The notes under the pieces were generated by a model. It worked only from the letters and a program-made list of their open reading frames with translations, searched no databases and had not been told where the DNA came from. A stretch of DNA of 64,000 nucleotides from Raja brachyura (Eukaryota): assembly GCA_963514005.1 (NCBI GenBank), contig OY740814.1, positions 6,014,001 through 6,078,000 on the forward strand. The letters run 5' to 3'. How positions within the stretch are numbered: position 1 is the first letter of the stretch; each line of letters begins with the position of its first letter. The position numbers were made by a program, and so were the translations under genes. Shown here in pieces: positions 1 to 13,121 of the stretch.

Positions 1-3000
1 CTCATAGATCAATAGAAAATAGCATATGTGCACAGCAAGATTTTATAGTATATTTTTCATCAAACTATTGGACTTGAATGCACCAAATGCAGCTGTTCTG
101 GCAAAACATCACTTCATTACCAAAGTGTCAGTGATTGCAGTGAAGTCTCAGGAATGTGACTTATAACTCCAGTTTTTATGAATTAGGAATTGCACTACCA
201 CTAAATCAAGGCTGACAAATCGATGAAAAGGCAATAATAAAAAAGTAATCAATATAGATCTATAAAATAATAATTCTGCTTGATATACATGTATAATGAT
301 ACAAAGAGGTTTTAATGATTCAGATCATAGTTGAGAAACTAAACATTTATTAAAACAATAAGCAATAAGATGCCAAGTTTCACATTCTCTTCAACTGTGT
401 GTGGGGAACACCTGACAATGGATTGGACTGGAGATCTTGAAGGTCCTGACGTTGTTCTGGATCTTGGCCCAAGGAGAAGTTCAGAAAGTTAATGTGCAGC
501 TTGCATTGTTGTACTCAATAGGTCCACACTTCTTTCCTAATCTGCAAACACCAGTCAACTATGTTTTCTCTTTCTACTATATGTCCTTGTAGCTGCATGA
601 TCTGAGGCCTCATGATTTAATGGTCATTCCGATTGAGCCCAATTATTTTCCTAAGCACCTAATTGTTTCCTAAGCAAGCCTGCTTACTCAACATTGGTGC
701 GGTTAGCAGAAAGCTTTAACTCAAAAGCTTGTTTTAACCCTATTGTTAACCCTAAGGGTTAAAATGCAATGCACTAACAAAGAGATGTTCTGTCAGAAGT
801 TCATTCCATTTTCCTTCAATAAAACCTTGTTATTCTAGACAAAATAAACATTCCAAGGTGTTTTTGATTTTCTTTTTTAAGATCAACTTAGTCAGCGAAC
901 ATTAAAAGAAGGCAACATGTGTAGTAAGACAACTATTGATTGCCAATGAACAAAGCCATTTTAGTGACTAATACAAAGAGGCCAATGGGTGTACATATTG
1001 TTAAAGGAATCTTAATTGATTTATTCCCCAGGAAGAGTAGATACAAAACCATCACTAATGTTCCAACACAATCTTCCTTAAATACATTTCTCCAGGATTT
1101 CCCGTGACAACCCCCTACCTCTGCACCAAGATCCTGTGATACATCTATACCAATCTCTCAATGCTGATAGACCTTCAATACAACCCAAACCACCTCTATC
1201 CATTCTCCCTGGACCTCAGATTATTTTTCCCTTATGTTGCCAGATCTGGAAGCGTGCTCCTAGTGATAGGGGGGAATGCTTATTTACTCTTGAACATTCG
1301 TGATAGACTTCTGGATTTTCTCTCATCCCAGTGGCCTTTATTTCACTGGACTGTATTTGTCAAATGAGAAATGAAATCCACTTACAACAATTGGTGCCAC
1401 CAAAAAAGTATCCATATCAATCAAAATTCATCAAATACAAAATAGATCCAGAACTGAGAGTCCAACTCCCCTTCCCAATGTTAATAGATCCTAAAACCAA
1501 ATCCACTGCTGATAATTCTGCATGGCAAATTCGTGGGATATTATTGAATATATTAATATTAGATTGCTCCACACGAGCAACTATATATATTAACATCAAC
1601 GCAACTACTTGATTAACAGAGTGAAATAATCTAATTGAGACATATAGCACAGAAAGGTCCTTCAGCCCACCACCTCTATGCTGACCTATCTACACTAATC
1701 TCTTTATCAGCACTTGGTTCATAGCCGACAGTGCCTTAAGATAAAGTAATTAAGTGCAAATACAAGAACATGAGCAATACCTCTAATGCAGGAAATGCAC
1801 AGGTAATTATTTTATATTATGATAGAAGCCAGAATATTGCATAATGTATATAAACATCATACATATAAATACAAATATTTCAATGAGACATAAAGAATTA
1901 TCTGTGGTTCATAGCAAATGTTGATGAACATAATTCCTGTATAGCAGATATGAAGCAGCGCCATCATCTGTCAGTATTAGTTTTTGCAAAGCTGATTTCA
2001 GAAAAGAAAATGTGGCATGGCAAAAATATTCTGAAATGAGAGATTAAAATTATTTTATAGTAAGTAGATTAATTGTCATAGTGCTGCAAATGAACTGTAT
2101 TAATGACGATGAAACATGCAGATTCCCCATCAAGCGTGCTCTATTGAGTACGGTGTCTGAAGTAACATAATTAGGAGTCCATACTTTTACTTACAAACCT
2201 ATCAACTACTGAGATGAAGCCTATATTGAAAATAAGATTAAAGACAGGAAAATCCCATCAGGTGCCCTTGATTTGCTTCGTTTAACTAACCATGTGACAA
2301 TTAAATTAAAATATAAAAAATAAAATTTTGAGTGGCATAGATAGGGCAAACAGTCAGAAACATGCCCCATGGTGGACATGTCAAAGATTAGAGGGCATAG
2401 CTTTAAGGGTTGAGGGGCAAAGTTTAAAGGAGATGTATGGGGCATGTCTTTACACATAGAGTTGTGAGTGCCTGAAACGCGATGCTGGGGGTGGTGGTGG
2501 AAGCAGAGATGATAGTGGCATTTAAGAAGCTTTTGGTTAGCCACATGGATATGCAGTGAATGGACGCAGGGATCATGTGCAGCCAGAGGACATTAGTTGA
2601 TGTTCGCATTATGCTCCACAAAGACCTAGTTGATCAAATGGCCTGTTTTGTGATGTACTGTTCTATGTTCTAATTACTGGTATGGAAAACTTTCTATTTT
2701 ACCATTACTGATAATAACATCATGTATTTATTTACAACATAGATGGAGGCCCTTCACTCCAACATTAGATAACTTATTTTGCTCTCACATTCTGAAAGTG
2801 TTCACTGCCACCCTTTGGAACAGCTTCTTCCCCTCTGTTATCAGGCATCCATAAGGTAGGGTACTGTTTGATTCATCTCTACTCCATTGAGGACATTGGA
2901 CTTTGTTTAAGGAAAACTGATGTGCTCCAATGAGCTACAACTCTTGTCCAACTCTGTATCATCCCCATTGCTCTATCTATTGTACTCGAGTTTGAACGGA

Positions 3001-3373
3001 TTGTATCGATGTATGGTATATCTGATCTGGATAGCGATCCAGATGGATAGTATGCAAAACAAAGCTGTTCACTGTATCTCGGTACATGTGAGAATAATAA
3101 ACCATTCCCATCAACACCTCCTCACTCTCTTACCACCCTGCTATACAAAGGGAAATTTACAGCAGCCAGCATGTCTTTGGGATGTGGGAGGAAGTCGGTG
3201 GACCTGGAAGAAACCCACGCAGTCACAGGAAGTATTTGCAAAGTCTGAAAAGTTAGCACAAAAGTCTGTATTGACTCTGAGACAGCAGCACCACCCACAA
3301 CACCGTAGTGCTATTCCAGCAATGCAACAACATATATCACTTTTGCAAGCTATTTCACATAATTTAACATACA

Positions 3374-3432
3374 AGTGTATATGTACGTATGTGTGTATAT
3401 GTACGTATGTGTGTATATGTATGTATGTGTGT
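3374..3432. repeat. 18-bp tandem repeat (GTGTATATGTACGTATGT) x3
   Basis: Direct inspection. Confidence 0.85.
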
Positions 3433-5288
3433 AAATGCATATATGCACGCACTAAACTTTTTTTTCTCATTTATTATAGTTTACATTGTACTACGTTTAC
3501 ATATTCTGTTGTGCTGCTGCAAATAAGAATTTTATTGTTCAATATATCCCACAATATATATTGTGGGATATATGACAATAAAACAGGATTCTCGACTCTT
3601 GAAAAGATGCTTACACACTATTGACATGCCGTTTCTATATACAGAATGGTGCAAACTGGTACTCAATGCTTGTTAGTGTTTTATAGCAATATGACTGAAA
3701 ATTCATCTTTGTTTTGAATGCACACTTGCTCCCTACTTAACACTTCTGAAATAAATCATTCCAAAAATGAACTTCTAATTGTGAATCACCTTTGCATGAC
3801 TGATATCACTTTATTGGGTTTGTGTCTGCAATACTTCTCTCTGCAGCTGTGTAAACCAGTTACATTGCAAGCAGGAGCAGAGATTGAATAGCTTCCTCTT
3901 TTGATATCTCAGAAATATCCTTAAGTCATATGGGAACAACAGATCCTGAACAATTAGATTAAGAGCAAGATGGCCTGTAATCTATGTAGATTTTGTGGAT
4001 TCATGATGCATACTGGCTGGAGACATGCAGTGCACGCCTTAAAATCATCAAAGAGTGGGTTAGGAGGGAGGGATAGATCAGCCATGATGGAATGGTGGAG
4101 TAGACTAGATGGGCCGAATGGCCTATCACTTAAACCTTACGGCCTTATGATTTGTCAAAGGCAACACTCTACAAATGGCAAAAGTGAAGCAGAGTAAAGT
4201 CAAATTCTAGTACAGCAGCAAGATTAAACAAGATCTCAAAAATTTGGCTCTCGTACTGATAACTGGGAGAATCCTACCTGGAACCACTCAAACTAGAGAT
4301 GCATAGACGAGGCTTATGCAGTCACCATGGTTAGCCAGCAGAGAGACTCGGGTATAGCCTGCAGTGAGCCAGGAAGCTCCATATACCCAATATAATGGAG
4401 AACATTTTCTTTTCATGCATCAGAATCCTTTATGATTTAATTGCTGTCGATTATCATGTCTTTCTCTGCTACCAAGAAATGGATGGCCTCCGCACGTTTT
4501 ATTTTAATAGAAGATGTATTATTTTCATACATTAAACTAAAAGAATTGGTTAAAAATAAGCATTTGATGACTTTAGAAAAAAAAACGATGTAGAGTTTAT
4601 TCTATGTTGAGAATTGCCAAAAGTCTATAAATCTATAATTTCGCAAACAGAGGATTTATTTTTATTTTCATTGTCTCAGGACTATGAAACAATCTTCACA
4701 AACAAAAAAATGGGAGACCATTTATAAGGAGTTTTGTCGCAAGAATTTTCTACAAGTAAGGCACTCTTATTTCAAATATGTACCTTTCGCGTGTACAGGG
4801 AAAAAATTAAATATGTTATGATTTTTCATCATGTTTCAACCAAAATAAATAGTCATTATTTTTACAAGCTAGGAAGCCATTTCAACATTTAAATCATTCA
4901 GGTTAAAAAGCAAAGCCAGCCAACACATAAAGATTGGTGATAGACACAAAAAGCTGGAGTAACTCAGCGGGTCAGACAGCATCACTGGAGAAAAGGAATA
5001 GGTGACATTTCGGGTCGAGACTGATCTTCAGTCTCGACCCAAATGGTCACTTACAGCACTTTTCCAGAGATGCCATCCGAAGTCACTCCAGCTTTTTGTG
5101 ACTATCTTCGGTTTAAACCAGCATCTGCAGTTCCTTCCTACACATAAAGATGGGGCATGTTTATTAACAGTATAAGTTGGGAGAAAATGGTCCCAATCAT
5201 TTCCAGAATAAATACTGAATCTGGGAAGTTACATCACAGAAATAAATGATCAGATAGGTGATGTCAGCAGCTAAAGATTCAAAAAAGA

Positions 5289-6635
5289 TTTTTTTTTTTC
5301 CAAAATAGACTTTATTCAAGTAATAAATATATACAATACATGAATCGTGCGGAAAATTCGTCTGACATTTTCGGAGGCTATTCAAATTGTTCAATACATT
5401 TTTCAAATTCCACAAATCTGTCCCCCACCCATGCCACTCATGTGGCCCCCTGGTGTGGGATACCTTCCCTTATTTTGAGGGGCGTCTCCACCATACCGTG
5501 CCGCCCATGTCCAGCAGCGGAAGGACCTTAGACTGTGGCCCTCCCCCACCGAGCCTTGGCGTTGGCTGCACCGAGCTTCAGTGCGTCCCTCAGCACGTAC
5601 TCCTGCAGTCTGCAGCGGGCCAGTCAGCAACATCTCGCTCTGCTGGGTGGTAAACAACGCTCGGGCAGACCAAAGAGCGTCTTTCACCGAGTTGATGACC
5701 TTCCAGCAGCACTCAATGTCAGTCTCTGAATATGTCCCTGGGAACAGTCCGTAAATCACAGAGTCCTCTGCGATGGAGCTGTTCGGGATAAAGCGTTCCA
5801 GGGACCCTTGCATAATTCTCCAGACTCTTTTCGCAAATCCACACTCTGCAAAGAGGTGGGCAACCGTCTCCTCTCCATAGCAGCTGTCCCGAGGGCAGCG
5901 TGCGCTAACAGTGAGGTTCCGACGCTGCAGGAAGGATCTGACTGGGAAGGCTCCTTGGTCTTGGTGCTTGTCGGTGAGTTCTGGCGATGAAGCATTTTGT
6001 CAGACAAGCTGGGCAGTCTGCTCAGGGAACCACGCCACTGGATCCATCGAGTCCTTTCCCTGCAGTGCCTGCTGGACATTCTGTGCTGACCACTGCCCAA
6101 TGGACATGTGGTCAAAGGTGTTGGTCCGGAAGAACCTTTCCACAGACAACAGATGGGGCTGCAATGTCCAGCTGACTGGCACATTGCGCCAGGCCCATCC
6201 TTCGCAACACCAGGGACAGGTAGAACCTCAGCAGATAGTGACACTTGGTGCCCACGTGCCTTGGCTCTACACTCCGCCTGATGCAGCCACACACGAAGGT
6301 GGCCATCAGGGTGAGGGCGACGTTGGGCACGCTTTTACCCCCGTTGTCTGCTGACTTGTACATTGTGGCCCGTCGCACCTGGTCTATCCTCCACCCCCAG
6401 ATGAACTGGAAGACGGCCCGGGTGATCCCTGTGGCATAGGAGGGGGGGACAGGCCACACTTGCGCCAAGTACAGCAGCCCCGAGAGCACCTCACACCTGA
6501 TGACCAAATTTTTTACGGTTATGGAGAGGGAGCGTTGCCTCCACAGCTCCAGCTTCCTCCCCACCCTGGCTATCCGCTCCAGCCAATTCTTGTTACACGC
6601 CTCAGCCCCCCCAAACCAGATCCCCAGCACCTTCA
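5289..6635 (-). mobile_element. 5'-truncated Tx1-clade (L1-like) LINE
   Basis: KVLGIWFG...W..R.LSI..K and CCHC (HLFAEC) remnants; AATAAA plus polyA at 5289-5316; approximate TSD TTCAAAAA(A)G. Confidence 0.85.
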
Positions 6636-7963
6636 AAAAGTCAGGCTTGATGCAAAAATGATGGTCAGAAAACTAAACTGATGGCCAGAACATTGTCAGA
6701 AAGCATGGTAGGCGACCATTTGCTAACATTACATGAAGTCATTTCTCAGCTACAGTGACTCACAGCAAAACATTTTGCAACATTGCAAGAAAATGAACAT
6801 AATTTTTTGCCAGGAATTGAAAGTAGATTCTGTGCAATTCAGAAAGTTAGCAAATGATATACCACAATAAGCAAAATAAGAATATTCCTTTGAATTAGTT
6901 ACTAGAAATGCTAGAAATCTTGCATCAACAGTCACTCTTAGTAGCACAGTGGTGTGGCACCAAGGACTATATTTTTTGATTCGTCAAGGTGCCAGGGGCT
7001 TATAGGGAGAAGGCAGGTACATGAGGCTGAGAGGGTAAGGTAGATCAGCCATGATGAAATGGTAGAGTGGACTTGATGAGCCGAATGATCGAATTCTGCT
7101 CCTACAACATGAATTTATCCCTTTGCTATTTCTGAAATAATGCCATGGGATCTTTTACATGAACACCAAAATAATGATTTTTTTTCAAAGCAGAACTGAG
7201 GGAGTGTTCTGTCAGAGGTGCCATTTATCAAATGAACATTGAGAACTGTATTCTGTACTCAATATCTTTCCCTTCACTCTATCTGTTGTACTTGAGTTTG
7301 CTTTGATTGTATTTATGTAGTGTATCTGATCGGCTTGGATAGCATACAAAATAGTTTTTCACTGTACCTTGGTACACGAGACGGTAATAAACCTAAACCT
7401 TAAACTTACACCATGGATGTTAACTAATATTTATGCCTCAATCTGTAACCAAAACAGATTATATGGTCATTATAACATTGTTGTTTGTGGATGCTTGCTA
7501 CATGCGAACAGCCTGTCTTGATTTTCATTTTTATTACAATATTTGCACTTCATAAGTACTTCAGTGATTGTGAAAGTGACATGAAGCACATTTTCTAAAT
7601 GCAAATCCTTCCTCCTTTCACAGTCGAGTCTGACTTCAATTTTCTGTACTTCAACAAATAACTCTCATTCTTTTCTAGTGTGTCCAAAGGTTTTTGAAGG
7701 TGGATATGAAAGGGAACCAGGATTATCCACACTAGATGTTTAAGAAGGAACTGCAGATGCTGGAAAATCAAAGGTGTCAGTCAGTCTGAAGAAGGGTTTC
7801 GGCCCGAAACGTTGCCTATTTTCTTCGCTCCATTGATGCTGCCTCGCCCGCTGAGTTTCTCCAGCATTTTTGTCTACCTTATTCATACTAGATTTTTTTT
7901 TACCCTTTTTACATGCGGAGTGTTATACATATAACAACATACAATAGAGGAAAAGTAACCTAC

Positions 7964-8083
7964 TTGATTCGACATTTATATCTGCCAGTATGCTTTCTTC
8001 TCTTTCAGAACCTCTCCTGCTCATTGAACTTTCTAGCCATTGCATATCCCAGTTTTTCCAGGAAGCTTCTCCCGGCATTATCC
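7964..8083 (-). CDS. FAM227B: FAM227B coding exon (GIMPGEASWKNWDMQWLESS...); the gene continues beyond the left window edge
   Basis: cctttag acceptor and gtaggt donor; 120 nt, phase 1 to 1; G..P....W..W pattern. Confidence 0.82.
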
Positions 8084-9345
8084 CTAAAGGTTAGAAACAA
8101 CATTCAAAAGTACGATCAGGAAGAAAATATTTCCTTAGTTATGCATGTAAAATTCTTATCAGACATTTTTGGATTACTTGTTATCATTAGAAACGCTAAA
8201 TAATGTTAATAAGCCAACAAAAATATCTTTTGATTATATTTGTTGAAATGAATTGGCCACACAGCCACATGCCACACACACGCACATACAGGCAGACGCA
8301 CACATACACAATAATGAGCACAACAGACATCGTGTGCAGCTTAATGTTGGTTTGGGGCCAAGACATGCACGACATTAGAGACTCCATCCACATCTGTAAT
8401 CCATCCACTGGCCATATTTACTTTCAATTATAGAGAAGCTCTGAATGGCTGAAAATTTGAATGTAAAAATCCCAAATTTTACTACTCAGTGATGACAAAA
8501 ATAGGAAATAAAAGCAGAAATGTATGCATTTTGTTTTTATTTTTTGAAATCTAGACTTGAATTACAATGATGTTTGATGTTTTTGTCAGTAGATTTTGCT
8601 GCTCCTTATACGCACAATGATTTTCTTTTGTTGTTGGGCTGATCAATTGGCAAATACACACAGCTGCAAAACTGTTGGGCCATTATGTTCAAGGTTTACA
8701 TGAAGTTAGGTTTGTGTTATAAGCACGACTTTTAGTAAAGGTTATGAAGTACAATGGTATTTTGATGAAATGTGCCACATAACCAAAGAAAACATCATAA
8801 CCAACACTGACTAGAGTTGCTCTATAATTCATGCCAAAAACTGCATCATGATGATGTGCCTCTGGATCGATGACTTGACTGCAAGTGATAAAATGAAGTG
8901 GAGTAGACATAATTTTTTTTTTAAAGGACACTGAATAACATTTTGTTGGCATATCTGTTTAAAATAATTTACAAAATAATCAGCAGTGATAAATCTCAGT
9001 CAAAACATGTTTCATATAGATACGTTTGACAAAGCCTTTCTTTCTAAAAATCATCTATCAGCTCGTGAGTGTTTATGAATGCTTCTTAGTAGGAATTTTA
9101 AAACATTGAGATTTTAAGCAATGCTGTCTTAAAGGAAGTGTGATATTAACTTTGTACATGTGGCTGGGTACGGCTATAAATCATCAATGAATGTTGCTTA
9201 GAAATTTGTTTTGAAAGATAAATGAAAGTCCTCTTACAACCATAGAATAGGCAAGATTATGTGGGCATTAAGTTGGAGCATTAAACATTTCCAGACGAAG
9301 ATTAACTACAAACTAATGACTGGTATCAGACTGAATCGTTCATAC

Positions 9346-9472
9346 CTGTCATCCACAATGCGATGAGTTCAGTTAGCTCATTCTTAAATTCTTCACCAAA
9401 CTTGTTATGCGATTCAGGGAAAGATTTATAGAAAGCTGAATAGACAGCTTGAGCTATGCAATCAGGATACAC
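9346..9472 (-). CDS. FAM227B: FAM227B coding exon (VYPDCIAQAVYSAFYKSFPES...LWMTG)
   Basis: 127-nt exon with ttaattag acceptor and gtatga donor; YPDCxAQAxY..F...FPES motif. Confidence 0.93.
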
Positions 9473-10700
9473 CTAATTAAAAAAATAAAATTAAAATTGT
9501 TAAAAATCTAGATTTTCATGACATGAGGCTCATTGCCACAAGTACTTTGCAAATTGGGAGAAGCTTAGAGCAAAGTAGGTTGACAGGAGATAGACAACCA
9601 GTCATGATATATGGTGTACGTTCATTTGACCACTCGAGGTGCATCACCACATGCTTATCAGAATTAAATTCCATCTGCCATTGCCCTGCCCAACGTACCA
9701 GTTGACCAATATCATTCTGCAGCCTAAGAAAACCCACCTCCCTACCAGTTTTTCGTCATCATACCTCCTTCAATCATATGCGAGTAATTAATGGATATAT
9801 ACCATTGGACATAATGGATATATACCAATGGACATATAGCAAGGTCCAAGCACCATTACTGTGGTGCATAGAATATAGAACACTATAACGCAGGAACAGG
9901 CCCTTTGGCCCATAATGTCTGCGCTGAACACGATGCAAAGTTAAACTAATCTGTTCTGCCTGCGCATGATCAATATCTTTGCTGGTCATAAAAGAAACCC
10001 TCCAGCACCACCTGACTCCTATAACCACGCCAATTGTAGATCCAATTTGCCAACTTGCCTTGGATCCCATGGCCTCTAAAGTTTCAGGCCAACTTCCATA
10101 TTGGACCTTGTCAATGGCTTCACAGGGTCCATCATCAACAACACTACCATTATCAAGATATTTAACTATCTCTTCAAAATTCTCCTCAATTAGGATTCAC
10201 CACCAGTAAATCTGTGCTGCATATCCCAGATCAATCTCCACCTTTCTAAATGTGGATGAATCCAGTTTTCTAATAATTTCACAACCACTGACATTAGACT
10301 AATCAGTCCACAATTATTTGCTTTATCGTTGCTATTCCTTTTAAATAGAGGTACCACTATATGCAAAGAAATTCTTCAAGAGAATGGCTTTGGTATAAAC
10401 AATGCAAAATTGATTTTACTTTGTTGCTGCAATGTTAACAGTACCACTTTATTACAGCATTTCATTGCAAATCCCCATTTAATAAGAATCAAATAGTTAA
10501 TTTTACTTCGCAGTCTCGTGAGTGACTTCGTGAAGACCCCGCCAGCACGCATGCGCGACATATCGTCGCTCGCATTTGCAGTCGACAGCTGGGGGGGGAG
10601 TGCGCTCCTCTGCCGGCAGCTCAAAAAGGCCCTCAGGTAAGTTTTCACTAACCTTGAGCTGGTTAGTTTTTCTGTACTTGATCATACTTACAGGAAAACG

Positions 10701-12172
10701 ATGGATAGAAGAACAAAAAAGAAGGCTGCGCTGAAGCATGCCTCTCAGGACCGCGGGACTTCAGAGGGAAGTCAGCTATGGCAGTATACAGCATTACCTA
10801 ATGGACTTACAACAGCCCCCAGGTTATTTACCAAAATACTAAAACCAGTATTGGCGTCTCTACGAAGACAAAATCACATAGTCATGGCATATCTTGATGA
10901 CATTCTGATTGTGGGAAAAACTTTGGAATTAGCTAAATCAGCTGTGACAGTTACCAAGTCACTGTTCGAAAAACTGGGGTTCGTCATCCATCCAGACAAA
11001 TCAAAGTTTAACCCTTCTGTGATTATGGACTACCTGGGATTCACGGTTAACACCAATCATATGATTATCACTTTCCCAGAGAACAAAGTAACAGACATTA
11101 TAGAGGCATGTAATAGCCTTGCTTGCGCCAGGAAACCGACTATTAGACATGCTGCCAAAGTGATTGGAAAACTTGTAGCTACATTTCCAGCTGCACAATT
11201 TGGACCATTATATTATCAAAATTTGCAAAGAGCAAAGATCTCAGCACTAAAAACAAATGCTGGACATTTTGACAGACCTATGCAGCTACCAAACAAGGCA
11301 ACAGATGAGCTACGATGGTGGATTAACAACATTCGTAATTGTTTCCATCCCATCATAGTTACAAACCCGTCAGTCGTGTCACAAACCGACGCAAGCGCCC
11401 AGGGCTGGGGAGCTACTGACACAACTTCCAGTAGTGGCAGCAGATGGGATTTGCAAAAATCTACTTTACTCCAATCACAAGGTATAAACTATTTGGAAAT
11501 GCTGGGAGCATTTCACGGACTGCGGGCTTACTGCACGAAATGCATCATATGCATGTCCGTCTACAGATAGATAATACCACAGTGGTGGCATATTTAAACC
11601 ATATGGGTGGTATCAAGTCGATATATTGCAATGAATTGGCAAACGTAATTTGGCACTGGTGTATTGAAAGAAATATTTGGATATCAGCTACATACCTTCC
11701 GGGTAAGCTCAATACAGTGGCGGACACCAGGTCACGAGTATTCAATGATAACACCGAGTGGATGTTGAACCCCCAAATATTTGCTAATATTATAGCCAAG
11801 TATGGAACACCAGATATCGACCTCTTTGCGTCCAGGTTGAACCATCATATACCAACATATGTCTCTTGGGAACCAGATCCTGGGGCAGTAGCGATAAACG
11901 CGTTCTCGCTACATTGGGGGAAATTGTTCTTCAATGCATTTCCCCCTTTCTGCCTCATCAGTCGGGTATTGCAGAAAATCCAGCTAGATTCTGCATCTGG
12001 TATTCTGATAATACCCGACTGGCCCACACAACCATGGTACCCGGTGGTCCTCAACATGGTGAAGGAACCATGGGTGCAGGTTCCTAAATGCCCGAATCTA
12101 GTGACCCATCCCATAACAGGGGAAAGTCATCCGTGCCATGGTCATCTGAACCTGTTGGCTTGCAGGTTCTGA
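10701..12172 (+). pseudogene. Gag N-terminus fused to partial RT-RNaseH-methyltransferase, frameshifted near 11540
   Basis: ORFs 10701..11570 and 11444..12172 together align to ORF2 of the intact copy. Confidence 0.88.
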
Positions 12173-12210
12173 AGAGACCATTACTGGGATTCGGGCTGTC
12201 AACAAGGACC

Positions 12211-13121
12211 ATGGATATCATCACGACATCGTGCAGAGAGTCCACAAGGAAGCAGTACCTCACCCACATAAGAAAATGGGAGGCCTTCTGTTCCCGGACC
12301 AATACCACCTACAACTCTGCCACGATCACTGATGTCTTGGAATTCCTCGCGGGCCTTCACTATGATGAGGGCCTTAGCTACAGTGCCATCAACAGTGCCA
12401 GAAGCGCATTGTCATCCTACCTCAATATCGGAGTAGGATCCCACCAGCTGGTATCGAAGCTTATGAGGGATATTTTTAATTCTAACCCTCCCCGACCACG
12501 CTATAATATGACCTGGGACATTGGGGTTGTGTTGTCCCTAATCAGGAGCTGGTCACCAGTTTCAGATCTACCACTGGATAAACTCACCTTCAAAGTGATG
12601 ATGTTAATGGCACTGATCACAGCTCAACGGGTCCAGACCCTCCACAAACTAAAACTGAACAGGATGGTCTCAACTCCCACCATAGTAATCTTCTTTATAG
12701 ATGAGTTACTCAAACATCATAGACCTGGGACAACAGGTCTGAAATTGGAAATCCAAGCATATCCCGTTGATGTACGACTCTGCATAACCACCGACATTAC
12801 ATTAATGTCACCCAAAACATCAGGAGAATGGAAACAGGTCTGTTCATCAGTTTCAAAAACCCACATCACAGGGTGACGGTGAAGACTATCTCCAGGTGGC
12901 TCAGGATGGTATTGGGTGCAGCAGGTGTAGACACTGACATTTTTAAATCTCATTCTACTAGGGCTGCATCCACATCAGTGGCGAGGACCATGGAGGTACC
13001 CATGGATCATGTCCTCTCAACAGCGGGCTGGGCCAGTGAAGGAACATTTCAACGTTTCTATAACAAACCTGTGGCCGCTCCCGCAACGTTTGTGGATTCA
13101 GTTTTAAGTGCTGTTCCCTAA
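12211..13121 (+). pseudogene. Tyrosine recombinase of the deleted DIRS copy, frameshifted near 12800
   Basis: ORFs 12088..12876 and 12828..13121 carry the AQR, SHSTR, AGW and RFY motifs. Confidence 0.88.

Noticed and set aside
2920-3624. 234-aa ORF
   Set aside because: It runs across LINE-tail, SINE and 18-bp tandem repeat sequence, so it is a chance open frame.
1-7960. FGF7 (nested in FAM227B in mammals) or further FAM227B exons
   Set aside because: No FGF-like peptide or frame-compatible exon was found by eye; candidates near 1390-1490 and 4280-4360 contain stops.
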